A stretch of 34,757 nt of DNA from Pelomyxa schiedti (taxonomy: Eukaryota; Protista; Evosea), in contig JAHLWZ010000788.1 of the NCBI GenBank assembly GCA_020536535.1, positions 1 to 34,757 on the forward strand. Reading direction: 5' to 3'. Below are positions 1-13,700 of the stretch, piece after piece; position 1 is the stretch's first letter, and each line of letters begins with the position of its first letter. Made by a program: the position numbers and the translations under genes. Under the pieces are notes generated by a model, which worked only from the letters and a program-made list of their open reading frames with translations, had not been told where the DNA came from and did no database searches.

Positions 1-1071
1 GAAATCTTAGTTTGCAAGACAAAATATTGCTCTGTGGGAGGATACTGCTGTTTCCCAAAGCGAATACGTTTGTGACATTACCGTGACTTCCGAATTTTTA
101 CTCTTTTTAGGGTTGAAGAACATCCTCTGGAACTTGCCTCTCTTTCCGGTGAGAGTATCATTCGGCTTGCGTTTCACTTGCTATGCTTCTGCGACTACCA
201 TAACTCCAGCAACACATTCTGCCTGGACATCAACATTTTCCGCATTTTTGAAATCAAGTTTCCGAATATACGCGGAAACATCTGGACAGTCCGGCACCGG
301 TGTTCCCGTTCTTTTATGCACAACGGAGACCAGGTCCTGTGTAAATCGGGAGAGAACATTTCCCGGTACCAAATGCATTCCGCTCCGGAGCTCTTTGTTC
401 CTGTTCAACACTCAGAGTCTCTGGTCATGTATCGCGTATCAAAAGCTGATGTCTGGTCGGTTGGAGCAGTTCTACTTGCAGCACTGAACAAAGAACCCAA
501 CTCAAAAAGAACCAGAAAAACAACTCAAGCCATAGCCACTCCACCTTACATTCGCCAAGATAATTCCCCCACATCAGTTCTGATACAATGGCTCCTTGAG
601 CCGGACTATTTCCTCAGGCCAACATCAAAGCAGGCCATGCTGCTTTGTGGCGCATTGATTTTCCTATCACCTCAGTGCACATCCATGCTATGTTCCCCAG
701 GTTCAATGGAACAACCCATCGAACTCTTCTCCAAAAACACACAAGAAATCAGGGACCTACTTATAAACCTACAACAGTCCGCAGTAACATCGCTTCTTAC
801 CAGTGATATTCCAAGTAAACAAGCCATTGCAGCATTTATGACAAACAAAACCCGTATCAGAATGGTGATGAAGAACCTCAATGAATTCATATCAACGCGA
901 AAAAGGGAAGATACACCACCGGCTCCTGCTCAATTGATGTGCTTGTTAATGTTCAGTACAGCAGCGCTGTCTGATGTAGAGTTTTTCCAAAGGACCATGC
1001 TGGAATTTTGTATAACAAAGGACTTGATGTACAACAAGAGGTCATTGGCCACACTGGCCAGTGACCTTTGA
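1..1071 (+). CDS. 3' part of a protein-kinase-fold protein, probably a pseudokinase (5' end outside window; likely intron ~68-110)
   Basis: ORF 178-1071 has kinase C-lobe motifs 'HSAPELF', 'SKADVWSVGAVL' and 'LLEPDYFLRPTSKQAM' (subdomain XI). The expected HRD loop reads 'FCLDINIFRIF' and no DFG is seen. Stop TGA at 1069-1071. Confidence 0.6.
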
Positions 1072-1113
1072 GAAAAAGTAAAAAAAAAAGCTTGTGATTT
1101 GGTTTTTTTAAGA

Positions 1114-3031
1114 TTAGTTTGCAGACCATATTTTTAATGAGCCATCCATAGCACCAGAAGCTATTAGGGGTTTGATAGGGCACACATCAAGGCAGGAGAT
1201 AAAGTGCGGGTGCCCATGTGCATCCTCTATTGTCTTGACGCAATTACCCTATGAGATTTTAATTAGAATTAATTGACTATTGGAGTGAGGTCTTGGTACT
1301 TGCTCCCAGTTCCACAATTTGATGGACCGGTCATCTGAACCACTGAGAATGTATGTGTTACTGTGATGTCCAAATATCACTCCGCGGACCCAGTTATCAT
1401 GTCCACTCTGAGCATGGTATTAGAAAGCTGGTAAAAGTGGTTGACAATGGTCCGGTACAAGAGTTGTGAGACAATCCATTGTTGCCAATGACCATACTTT
1501 GATGGTATTGTCCCGGGAACCAGACACAACAAGATATCCAGAGCCTCCTTCAGAGCTGCCGGTCTGTTATGGATGTGAGTTTATGTTCTTTTTTATCTTG
1601 ATAAGGGGAAAGCAAACCGATTTCAAAGTGTGAGGTTTGGGTGAAACCGCAATGCATTCAATCACATGAGAATGTCCTTCTAAGGTCGCAACACAGGTCC
1701 CTTTTTGAAAGTTCCACACTTTCAATGTCTTGGCTTGTAAGTGAAAAATAAAAAGAAAAGACAAAAATACTCTGTCTGCAGAGGCGGATATGATCAATGC
1801 GGCATCTGGTGTAATGGCCACTGCTCGGACCCATTCCGTGTGACCATAGAGTGTAGTTGTACAGTAACCCGTTGCTGTGTCCCAGACTTTAACACTTGTA
1901 TCACGCGAGCCTGTCACAATGTGATCCCCGTTGGGTGTAAATCTGTGCTATCTGAGAAGTTGCAAGACAACGAAACGAACTCACTTGACAGAGGAAATGG
2001 TATGATCATGTCCATGCAATGTCTTTTGACACATGTAAGTTTGCATATCCCACAACTTGATGGTAAGATCACCTGAACAGGACACTATAAAAGTATAAGT
2101 ACTTGAAAATTGGGAAAGACACAGAACCTAGTAGATTTCCATTGGCGTTGAAGTCCAGTGCTTTGATTGGTTAAACTGGTGTTTATTTTATTTTTGGTCA
2201 ACCATAAACAGTTTGCGTGTGGCCTTTAATAGTTCTTTCAAATTCTCCTGTCTCACAGTCCCATATTCTTATTGTTCCATCTTCTGATCCGGAGGCAATA
2301 ATACTGCCAAGGTTGAGCAAAGAAATGGAAAAACTTGAATGCACAAACCTGAATTTGGGGTGGAATTTTATTGATGTGATGTTTCCACGATGACCTGGGT
2401 TGCATTAGTCACAAAAAATACAATCAAGAAACGGTCGAAGCACACCCGTCATAGAAAACTTGGCAGGTGATGTGAGTGTGATTTCTGAAGAGTCAGTTGT
2501 TCTTCTGGTGCTAATTGATGCTGAGGTACTTTCATCAGATGCACTCTCAGTGGGTGTTGGCTGATACTGTGCTAATTGTTGTTGTTGTTGGGCTACTTGC
2601 GCCTCCAGGTCCAGAACCTAAATATTTAATATAATAATGTAAGCGTTATATATCCAAAAGTCAAGAAATGCCCACTTTTTTCTGCAGTCTTAGGATTGAA
2701 ATCCACTTCTTCTCCAGTAGGGTTTTATCCTCCTGTTGGGCCTCTTTTGGCAGTCCACATTCAGCCACAAATGCATCTCTGCTGTTGGTGAAGCCTTGTC
2801 CCATCAGGTACCCTGCAATTGCTCCATGCCTTATTTGTGATAGATAGTCATTTGAATGAAAGAAAAAAAAAAAAAAAAGCACAATATAGAAAAAACAACA
2901 CACAAAGCTGGCAAGTTGGCAACAAAAGCAGCGGGGAATAATAACACTAAACGACATTATGGGCGCCGCCACGAACCAAGTTGGGTACACACTCACAAGG
3001 ACTCTCGTTGTTTGGGTGTCAGAAACGCCAT
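1114..3031 (-). CDS. LIS1: Lissencephaly-1/NudF homolog (LisH + coiled coil + WD40 dynein regulator), multi-exon
   Basis: The spliced N-terminus '[12 protein letters not shown]|[13 protein letters not shown]...[15 protein letters not shown]' matches the LIS1 LisH/coiled-coil signature. WD40 repeats follow: '[32 protein letters not shown]', '[10 protein letters not shown]', 'GHDNWVRGV', ending '[15 protein letters not shown]' (stop 1114-1116). Confidence 0.93.
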
Positions 3032-3181
3032 AACGTGGAGGCTGTGATTAAATTAATTGCCCGGTCGTCGGCCTGAGTGTTTGTCCTTTTTCAAAAAAAA
3101 AAATGATTTATGCTAAATCTCTCATCTTGAAACAAAACAGGCAAGCAGCGTTGAAAGTCATAATACATTGTTGTCAGCGAA

Positions 3182-4494
3182 TCAATCAATGTGGGCATAT
3201 ACAGCACCACTGTAAATGATCAGTCTCTTGAGGTTGTGCTTCTGAAGCATTTGGCGCAAGAAATAGAACTCACGCATTCTCATGCGGCGGTATTCGGGTG
3301 ACGGGTCTTGTATCTGAAAATCAATTAATTTAAGTTATATTTGTATAGAAAATTGCAATTTAATCAGTCTATTTAAAGGGGCACTGAGAGAATTACCTGC
3401 TTGTGGAATACTTTCACGTCATTGCATGTTGCTACACCAACACCGGCAAACTTGGCACGCAAAAAGAAGTCCTGATGCTCACCCAACTTGAGGCTGTCAT
3501 CCCACCTCAGCTTCTTCACCACGGCTGTACGCGCGAGGAAAAAGTTTGCCACAACATCAACTTTCTTGCACTCTGGCCCAAATCCAGGCACTGGGCCGTA
3601 GTCCCCGTACCTCATGCGTATCGCATCTCCTTCCACTCCAATCATTCCTAAATCAAGTTAAGGAATACAGTTGGGATATTTTGACCTTATTTACTGCCAA
3701 ATACTACTACTAATAATAATAACCACAGTTCGGCCACTATGCAAGGCACAAAAATTCACTTCACATCAGTAAATTGGTTACAGAATTGACAATAACTTCG
3801 AGGCACGAACCAAACCAGGCAAATGTAGTGACACACACACAACACACACAGACATGCGTACAGACAAGTACCCACCAGCATAATCGTAGAACTCTATCTC
3901 GGTTGTAAACAGCCCCCCGCTCACAATGTCCAAGTCGTCCCTCTTATCAAGCACCTCCATCAGCTTCTCTATCCTGGTGTCTTCCGTGAACACGAAGTCG
4001 TCGTCGAGCAGCGCGAAGTACTCTGTGCCGACGCGGTCCACGAGCGCGTTACGCGAAGCCGACAGCCCGGCGTCCCGCGGCATTCTCATAAACTCGGCGC
4101 CGGCCCGCGACGCGGCCGAGCGCGTGGACCGCGGCGAGGCGTCGTCGGGCTGCGCGGCCGGCGACAGCGGGCCGTCGTCGGCGACGATCACGCGGGCGCT
4201 GGGGTAGCGCGCCCTCAGCGAGACGAGGAGCTCCTCGACGCAGTCGGCGCGATCCAGCGTCTTGACTACGAACGTGACTTTCGAGTCGAACGCCGACATC
4301 GGTGTCGGCGGACTGACTGCGGCTTCTATCGTCGCAGGTGGCCGTGCGTCGTCGCGTCGGACGCCGGCGCACGCGTCGCCCTCGCAGGAACCAACTTGAT
4401 CGCCGCCATCGGCGCAGGCAAGTGGTGTCAGGAGCAGCACCAAATACAAATAGCACAGGGCGGCTATTGGCGCTTCGACACCCAACAGCTTCAT
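3182..4494 (-). CDS. Glycosyltransferase with GT-A (Glycos_transf_2) fold resembling the B4GALNT1/2 catalytic domain, N-terminal signal/anchor; 3 exons
   Basis: Motifs 'VTFVVKTLDR', 'VIVADDG', 'GLSASRNALV', 'LLDDDFVFTEDTRIEKL' (DxD), 'DVVANFFLART' and 'EHQDFFLR' parallel animal B4GALNT motifs. Hydrophobic N-terminus 'IAALCYLYLVLLLTPLACA'. Stop at 3182-3184. Confidence 0.85.
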
Positions 4495-4750
4495 TTTTTT
4501 AAATTCCGGAGCTGCGTCTTGTGATGGTTNNNNNNNNNNNNNNNNNNNNNNNNNNNNNNNNNNNNNNNNNNNNNNNNNNNNNNNNNNNNNNNNNNNNNNN
4601 NNNNNNNNNNNNNNNNNNNNNNNNNNNNNTCGGCGCAGGCAAGTGGTGTCAGGAGCAGCACCAAATACAAATAGCACAGGGCGGCTATTGGCGCTTCGAC
4701 ACCCAACAGCTTCATTTTTTTAAATTCCGGAGCTGCGTCTTGTGATGGTT
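4409..4750. other. 100-N scaffold gap (4530-4629) flanked by an identical 121-nt direct duplication (4409-4529 = 4630-4750); assembly overlap artefact
   Basis: The two flanks read identically base for base, so the contigs probably simply overlap. Confidence 0.9.
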
Positions 4751-4786
4751 GATACAATTTTTTTTGACGCGTTTTGGGTTCGGGTT

Positions 4787-7700
4787 TTACTCTGTGTTCA
4801 CCTCTTTGGACAGAAGTTGTACTAGTTCTTCAAAGGCTAGTATTTGGTTAGTACAGTCTTTAAAAAAAGGATTCTGGGTAGAAGGGATACATGGTCTAGC
4901 TGAGGGTTCTTGTGCCCAGCAAGATGTTATAATGGTAGCCTGCGGTGGTGGAATTCCTTCAGGAATAGCAAGTCTCTGGGAATTCATTAATTGGTTGCTG
5001 GTGGAGGCTTGGAGAAATGTACCTGGCCACTAATGGCATATTCTGCGATTTCTGAATATTGGGAATTAGTGTTGCAGGGAGGGAAAATGAAAAGAGATGG
5101 AACAACTCCAAGAAGAGGAAAACTCCTTTGTAGCATAAGGCTCTGTAGTTGATGAGATGGAATTTTATTGAATAGTAAGGGTCATACCTATCCCGGTGAA
5201 TACATAGTAGGCCAGAACACCAAAACTAGAACCGGGTGAAATGAAATGCAGGAGTGAGGGGAGGAACCTGTACACATCCGCTTTCAAGGAATAATTACCG
5301 TTGGTCATAGCCTGTTTTATTGTAAGATGAGATAAGAATTTCGGTACACAAACCTCAGGAGCCATATAGGTAGGGGTACCGACATTTGTGGTCATGTTTT
5401 GGGAACCATCGGAAACTTCTCGTGTTGTTCCAAAATCACTTATTTTGGCGCATACGGCGGCAGAGACTTCCAAGCTGGCAACCATAACATTTCCAGGTTT
5501 AAGGTCCCTGTGACTTTAAGAAATCTTCAAAGTAATCTGGCTGGATACCTATGCATTACGCCGCTTTGGTGCAGGAAGTTCATCCCTCTAGCGACGTCTC
5601 CTAATATCTTCAACTTTAAGGGGAGGCCCAGAGGCTGCTTTTTCAGAATGCCTTCCAAACTTCCGAGAGGCATGTATTCCTAAATACGCGTTAAAATGGT
5701 AGCAACCCCTTAGGTAAAGCATACAAGAAGAATGGCGAGTTTGGATTTAAAGTGCACAGCGCCAATAAAATTCACTATTTGGGGGCTGTGCATAGATTCC
5801 ATTGTCTGAACCTGTTCAGGTGGAGAGAGGAAAATTAGACAACAGATTTTTGAACGGATCGCCAACTTCTCTAGAAAATCCTTTATATAAATCCGCATAA
5901 GCCGTTCCTTGTGCTTTCAGTACCTAAAACTTAGCGTAAGCCATTTCTTCTCTAACGTGATTCTACCTTAATAGCTACATCTTGGCCTCTCCAGCTCCCT
6001 CTAGGAAGTGTAAGTACTAAGCGGAAATAAGAGAAGCTTGTACTTGAACACTGTGGAATATGTCCCTTCGCCAATTGGGGGCATTGCAAGGTTGATTTCA
6101 TCTGGGTCAATCTTGAACAAATTAGTGAATGGGCGAATTTTCCAGGACGCACTTTCATTGACAGTTTCGATTCAACTTTCATTTTCAAGTAAGTGTGCTG
6201 CATGTCACTTCCACTCAGAGAATCCCCTGTTGTTCCCGTTAGAGTTTTTCAACAGAAGAATCAACCTTTCGCAGCAGCCACAGTAACAAACGAGTCTATG
6301 CATGTTGTACAGTGGATGAGTGCTGAAATTACGATATCCATTTCAAATCCCTAGGTCTGACTTACTGATGAAGATAGATGTTTTGTATGGATACAGGTTG
6401 AAGAACAGACTCGACAGGATCAAAGGTTAATTTGTACTTATAGGTAGGCTGCTGGAAGAACTTGCAGAAGACAGGATTGTCAGTTGGATTCATAAGACTT
6501 ATTGTCTCTGTTATAGATTCTCCCACTGGTGCTCGGTGGGACTTGAGCCCAAATTTGAGTGCTGGTACAGATACCTAGGAAGCAAAGGTACAAAAAAAAA
6601 ACGGCTCAGCTGAATTTACCTTCACAATGAAGTCATCCAGTGGTACCTCTCTAAAGAAAGTAAGGACCATACAAAAGGTAAATCACAAACTTTGAAAGAG
6701 AGGCATCAAAGGTCTCAGTGCACTCGGACTCTCCTTCCACTCCTGGCCCCACAATAGTATCCATTGCGATTTCAGTTTCTGGTTTATTTTGGTTCCTTTT
6801 TTTTGTTGTTTGCGTTAAAGAGAGGTTACAAAAAAATCTACCTTTTGTACAAAAGAAGAAATGCTGCACAAAGAGCTCCAGCGGCAAGGAGACAGACCCC
6901 TCCTACACCAACACCTACACCAACTGCTAGAGCTGTATGAGAGGAACCTATTGAAAAGGGATCAGCCATCTGCTCTCGGAATATTTTCAAAATACCTGTG
7001 TGAAAACTCATTTTAACTGTTTCATTGATTATATTGCCTGAGAGGTCAGAGACTACGCCAGGGAGAAGCGTAACACTACAAGAAGAACCTTTGCCTTGCT
7101 TTTTCAAAGTAAGGGTGTACAACCGGTCATTGTTTGGCGCAACAGCGATAATGGAGCAACCCTTGCTGGAAAACGCGGAAACTGTAACCCCTCTCACAGA
7201 TTCACTGCATGAGAGCATTGGTGACCAAACACTAGAAGTGTCCTTAAACTCGCAATCGGGAGGAGTGATATCGATAAAGCTGAATTGACTATAGGGTGGA
7301 GATGTTTGCTTTTCCACAGTAACAGTAACAGACAGATTGCTACCAGTTCCCTTTCCAACGTAACAAGTAATTCGAGTATGAGGTTCGGGTATAGAGATAT
7401 TTTCACAGACGGTTGAGGCTTCTATTTGAACAGAAATGGCATCAACAAACTGACCAAAGTTCGTTCCTTGAAAAAGTCAGAAAGGAAGCAGATTATAATA
7501 ACAGTAATACCTGTGATATTTGTTGCACCTCCTTCAGTGGAGGCAGGAGTCATGCTCGCTATTACAGGACCTGGAGGAATGTGAGGTGCAACACGATTTT
7601 CCATACATATACCCTTGTAGTCAAACATGTACACAGTGGTAGTTTGCCCGTCTTGCGCAGGTAAAGTGACAACGATGCTATTATCTAAGCCAACACCTGA

Positions 7701-10700
7701 CGGTGCATCACAGGTAATGGCACTAGAATTTATAATCACAGCGTTTTGACAAGAGGTGCCTCCGATGCTAACAGCAGCACTGTAGTTCGAGGTGCACAAA
7801 TTATCCCCAACAATTGTAGTCGAACCCCCTCTTGTATCAACAGGGGTGGCAAGGAACACAGAAGGAGCTAAGAAGGCAGTGAGTACAAGAGAGAAACAAA
7901 TGGTGAGTACGGGAAAATGCAAAGACATTCTTCCGATCAGATTGACAGCCGACAGGACTGCAGGTTGCAGGTACAGTTACGTCAACTTGGTGTCCCATTC
8001 CACATCCAGGTGGAGGACGGCAGGATATTGTTGTATGGTCAATAACCGTAGCATTCAGACATTGCACAACGTTGTTGTAGTATGTGAGTTTCACTAGCAC
8101 AGGTGTATTTGCGGGTCCAAAATTTGCTCCTTTTATTGTTGTGTAGACCGTTCCCTTTGTGGGAACAGGAGTAGCGGAGAAAACTTGGGGTGCTGATAAA
8201 AAGTGAGTTTCAAACATTTACTGTAGGTAGAGTACGATTGTATGAAAATCTATCGAAGGTTCCTGTAAGATTGCCAACAGTTACCGTGATTAGAATTCCG
8301 GAGCCAACCCCGGCATTAACTACACAAGTGATCTTGGTACTTGAGACCAATTGAACATCGTTGCAAGGTGTCCCCCCTACGGAGACTGATAAGTTTCCTG
8401 GCGAGTAGAAATTGTTTCCGATGATCGTTATTAGGCCTCCAGTGGTGTCTATCGGAGACACGAAGCTTATAGCGGGACCTTCAATACCATTAGGTGAAAG
8501 AGAGTTCATAATATCACACCGGAGTAAATGTAAAAGTAATCAGCTCTCTGTGAATATGAGCCAGCAGGTACATATACAGACAATGAGCCCAACCACACTG
8601 AGCCAGGTGCAACATCACAAGAGAAGAGTACATCCTTGATGATGACTATGGCATCATTGCAGGTGAAAGATGTGTTGTAATCGAGGATAGCAAGAATTTT
8701 ATCTCCTTCATAGCCAAACCCAGAACCCCCTACAAAGAGGCGGAGGATGCCGTTTTGTTGTTGAGCTCGGTTGATGTACGTAATTTCTGGTTCTGGAAAA
8801 GAAAGTGAGAACGGAGTAGAAGGGATGAGGAAAACCAGTGTAATTCCAGTAAAATGTGTTGCTGATTTGACCCTCTACCCTGACTCTAACTTCGTGATGA
8901 CTTCCAACACCTGCACCACAGGGGCACAGTAGTGAAGTCTGGTTGTACCATGTTGCATCCACCCAAGTGCCGTTGTCAAGTGAGACTTGACATGAAAAGT
9001 CAATAGGTGGAGCGAAATTTATCCCCTAAGAGTAAGGAAGCAACCACTTCAAAAATTAACACAGAATAACCTCAATTAATTGTTTCATTGTTCCAACTGT
9101 TGGCACTGTGCTGACGCGGGTTATGCGAGGACCTGTAAAGGGTGAACAAATCAGAGGTAAGTTTTTTTTTGTTCAAACCAATATATGTCAGAATAGGGGC
9201 TTTCCCAATCTGTGAGGACCCTGATGGAACCTCCACTGTTATGACAGTATTCACTCCAGCACCAGCTGGAGCAACACATGTAATTTGCGTGTGGGCAACA
9301 GTAACAGTAGCATTGGCACATTCCAAAGAATTATACCCAATGTATACGGAAAGATCTTGAGTACCCAATGGGCCAAAATTATCTCCTTCAATGGTCAAAA
9401 TTCCGCCGAGAGTGCCAATTGTGGAAGCAGAATACAAAAGTGGTACTGAAAAATAAAGGTGAGCGAAGATTGATGTGTGGGCATAAGAATACATTCATAA
9501 GAAAACGTAGAGAAGACCACTTTGGCTCCTACAGTGTAAGGGCTGGGAACATAAAGAGCAAGAACAAGGTTAGACCCATGTCCCTCGGGTGCAACACATC
9601 TTATCTCCGTGTGGGCTTGCATAAGTGTTGCATTTACACATATTTTGTAGGTCCCGTTTAACATTATTTGTACAGAATCCAGTGAAAGCACTTTGCCAAA
9701 ATTGTTACCGGTAATGAAGATGTAACCCCCAGTTGTGTTTGTACTGCTTACTGTGTATATCACAGGGTCTGAAAAAGGAAAGCCCCTAGTGAGGTTCTAT
9801 GTTTAGATAATGAAACACTAACTTTGGTAGGTGAAGGAGCCATTGCAGGTCAGAGAATTGGTTGTAGAGGGAACACTGACAATCACTTTGGCAGAACCTA
9901 CTCCTTCTGGAGGAGTGCAAGTTATTTTTTTGTGGGCCACCACTAAATGAGCATTCAAGCACAGGCAGGAACTAGTGCCGCCTAGGCACTGCACTCCATT
10001 GCCACTGACCATCACGGAAATAGAGGTATTTAAAGGGCCAAAGTTTTCACCAGATATTGTGAGTTGGTCGGTGCCATTCGAACTTGGAGAAGTAATACTT
10101 GAGATCAAAGGACCTACATCTCAGGATAAGCACAAGTATCTGGAAAGAAGCGAGAACCATCATAGGAGAAATCAATTATGTTGGTGGACTGCCCACCAAC
10201 AATTGCTTGCAAGATATGGTGTGCGCCACTTCCTGCAGGGAGACAGGTCACGATGTGCTGGACAGATTGCCAGTGAGCAACTTGATTCTGCAAGTCAACA
10301 AGTACAAGAACACTCGTAGTTCCATCTGCTCCAAAGTTTGACCCCTATTAGAAGGTGAAAAATAATTCCCAAAGAAAGAATAAAGATACATATATAATAA
10401 TCGTACAGCTTCCTGATGTAGGGATATGCGATTTGATTGCCGTAATATTGGGTACTAGAAAGATTAATATTTGAAAAAGCTGGTACGGAGAGAACCATTA
10501 TAAGAAAAGACTGGACTTGAGGTACAAATGGGGTGTGCTGGAACACAAACTTTCACAGTCTTATTTGTTCCAGCCCCAGATGGGGTGACAAGACATTTAA
10601 TTTGTTTGTGAGCATCTATCACACTGGCTCCTGAGCATGGAATTCCCGAAATATTGACTTCTACAGTTTGGTGGAGGGGGCCAAAATTCTTACCACTTAT

Positions 10701-13700
10701 GAGAGTGAATTCCTTTACATCCGTGGAGGTGGAAGTGGCTGTGTAGATTTCTGGTCCTAGGAGCAAATATGAAAACACAGAAGGTGATAAAACGAAAAGA
10801 ATACCATTATAGGAGAATGTGCTGGCACTAATTTGTCCTGTTATTCCAAGTGGAACCGTCAGTGTCAGTGCATGGGAAGAACCACATCCCTCCCCCACAA
10901 TACATCGAATCTCTGAGTGTGGGATTGTTACACTTGCATTCTCACATGAATGATTGCCAATTGACACAGAAACCAGTGTCTCAGAGCCACCAAAGTTTTG
11001 CCCTGTTATAACAACAGGACCCCCAATAGTGTCCACTGATGACACTGTTGATATCTCTGGTCCCTTGTACGAAAAAGCGGCATTGGCAGTAATCCGACTC
11101 ATAGATGGCACATATATAACTACAATATGCCCTGTTCCAACTCCAGCGTTCACAATACATTTGATCTCCTCATGTGGGCATGTCACATTAGCATATAGGC
11201 ATTCGTAGCTGTTGTTACAGCATGAAAGGCAGGGGCACACAAAGACAGAAACTTGGGTTCCAAGGGGACCAAAATTTTTTCCAGTCACCACAAGCGGCTC
11301 CATCCCATTTGTACTCACTGAAGGAACACTTGTTATGGAAGGGACTAAAAGGACTTAGAGAGTGTAGTGAATCATAAGAACTTACTTTGGTAGCTGTAAA
11401 TGAAAGCGGAACTGCACTGTCCGGAAACACAAACAATAATGCTGTTGTTTCCGGCACCCTCTGGAAATAGGCACTTAATAACAGTGTTGCTAATCCATGT
11501 TGAATCCGAGGTTTGGTTGTTAATGATAGAAGTGATATTGGTGCTGGAAGTTCCAAAGAAGTCACCCTCCTCAGAGTGAGAAAGAAAAGTACAAATAGGT
11601 TCACATACATAAACGAAATGGTTGCTGTATCCAGCCGTTCCCGTTGTTGGGACAAGTGGTACTAGTAAAATTTTGGGAACTGAAGAAAAATTAAAGTTAC
11701 ACCTGGAAAAATAGAAACCACCTTGATACGAGAAAACACTAGCTTTTCCGCACTGAGTGCCAACAAATACCTCAACAAGCAAATGCTCACCAACTCCAGC
11801 AGGAGCGCTACAGCTTATTTGCTGGTGTGATGTTATAACTTTGGCACCAGAGCATTCCTTTCCAGCCACTCTAACTGTGACAGGAGTGTTTATTGGGCCG
11901 AAATTGTCACCTGTGATATTGATATCTGAGCCTGTCGTACTTCCTAACGTTGCATTGAATATAACAGGACCTGTGGTAATATTAATTGAGTGGATAGAGT
12001 ATTACCAAAGTACCGTTATAAGAAAAAGCAGGTGTCCCAACTGAGCGGAGGGATTCCACAGAAACTTGTATTGACAAGTTTGTGCCATATCCAGGGGGAG
12101 CATTACAGGAAATTTGAGTATGCTCAACTAAAAGTTGTGGATTCGTGCAGTTGGAACTTCCAATTGTGACTGAGAGTCTTGAACCATTGATACCAAAATT
12201 GTCACCATTGATTGTTATTACTCCACCACAGGTATTAACAAGAGACGAACCAAGTACGATGGGATCTATTTTATTATCAGGATTGATCGTTCTCTGAGTG
12301 GCAAAAAAACCTGCGTAGCGCAAGATGCCTGACCCTTGCTGGGAAGTATTAGTGGGAACTGTTACGCGCACTTGGATATTAGCTCCAGCACCAGGAGGTG
12401 CCAAGCAAGTGATTTGTGAATGCGGAATGGTAACTTGTGCCGCACTACAAGGTACCCAGTTTGTGTGTATCTGAACATCAACAGATACAGATGTGTTAAG
12501 ATCACAGAAATTCAAGCCGGTAATGTTAAGAAGAGAGCCACTAGTTTTAGGGCGCGTTGTGCTGACTATACCAGGTGCTGTGAAGGATTTAGATAAAGGG
12601 TCAAGTTGAGGGGGTATACCAGAATAGTTGTAGAAAGAACTATTGCTTTGTTGTGAAGCAACACGTACAGAAATATTGTGGTATAAACCGCACCCCGCCG
12701 GAATGAAGGCACCAAGTAATGTATGACTTAAATACAGAGCCGTGTGCCAGGTTACTCCATCAGTTGTAGTTTCTAGCGTGTTCTTTGTTTTTGAGGTTCC
12801 AAAGTTATCTCCCTGCTATTGGTAAAAACGATGGTAAAAGATGACCAAATAACTGATATACGGGATCCTGCACTCCCTTCTGTAGGAGCAGTTTGCAAAA
12901 CTTTTATTATATACGGACCTAACAACATTAGTAGAGCGGAGAGAGAAGCCAACAACTGTACCCTTGTAAGAAAATACTGCTCTTGAAACTGCTTGAGAAT
13001 TTGAAAGTGAGCTTGGTACTCTGACTTCGAGTGTGTGATTTGTGCCTTACGTCATGTGAGTCAAAGGTATTTTATATTTGCTATTCATACCTGCACCGGG
13101 TGGGGCAGTACAAGTTATCTTTTTATGTGGTACCACAATGGATGGGGATGTGCAAGGGATACCCTGGACAGAAACCAGTACAGAGGTGCCGTTTGGGCCA
13201 AAGTTTGAACCCCATATTTCAATCAAACCTCCAATAGTGTTTACTTGAGATACGGAACTTATGGTAGGTTCTGTACATTGTAAGTCCAAATGGGAGTTTG
13301 CAGGACTTTCTACCTTCATACGCAAAGACATGTGATCCAAAGGAGAAATTTCCGGATTTAACTTGAACAGCCAAATCTTTCCCGGCTCCTGGCTGGACTG
13401 TGCAATTAATTTCGGTGTCGTTCTTCAGTATCACTGCATGGTAGCATGGCTTGTTGTTGATTGTGACCTGGACTGGTGTCCCAATCTTCCCCATGTTCTC
13501 ACCATATATGGTAGTATTGCCTCCTTCTGTTGAACATGGAGTACAATTGAAGACAGAAGACTCTGATAGTAACTATCAGACTTTTGAACCAAAAAGGAAC
13601 AAGTACCAGCGTAATCAAAAATGTTTGCCGTGCTCGATTGGGCATGTTCACCATTAGCAGGTACAGTGACATTAACGGTTTTGTCATATCCAATGCCAGG

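Noticed and set aside
4409-4750. 121-nt direct repeat around an N-run, resembling LTRs or a duplication
   Set aside because: The copies are identical and abut a 100-N placeholder gap, which is typical of an unmerged contig overlap.
12813-12852. Possible non-canonical splice site inside an IPT domain
   Set aside because: A canonical phase-0 GT-AG solution exists (…RIS|QGDNFG or …RIS|GDNFG), so nothing unusual can be claimed without RNA data.
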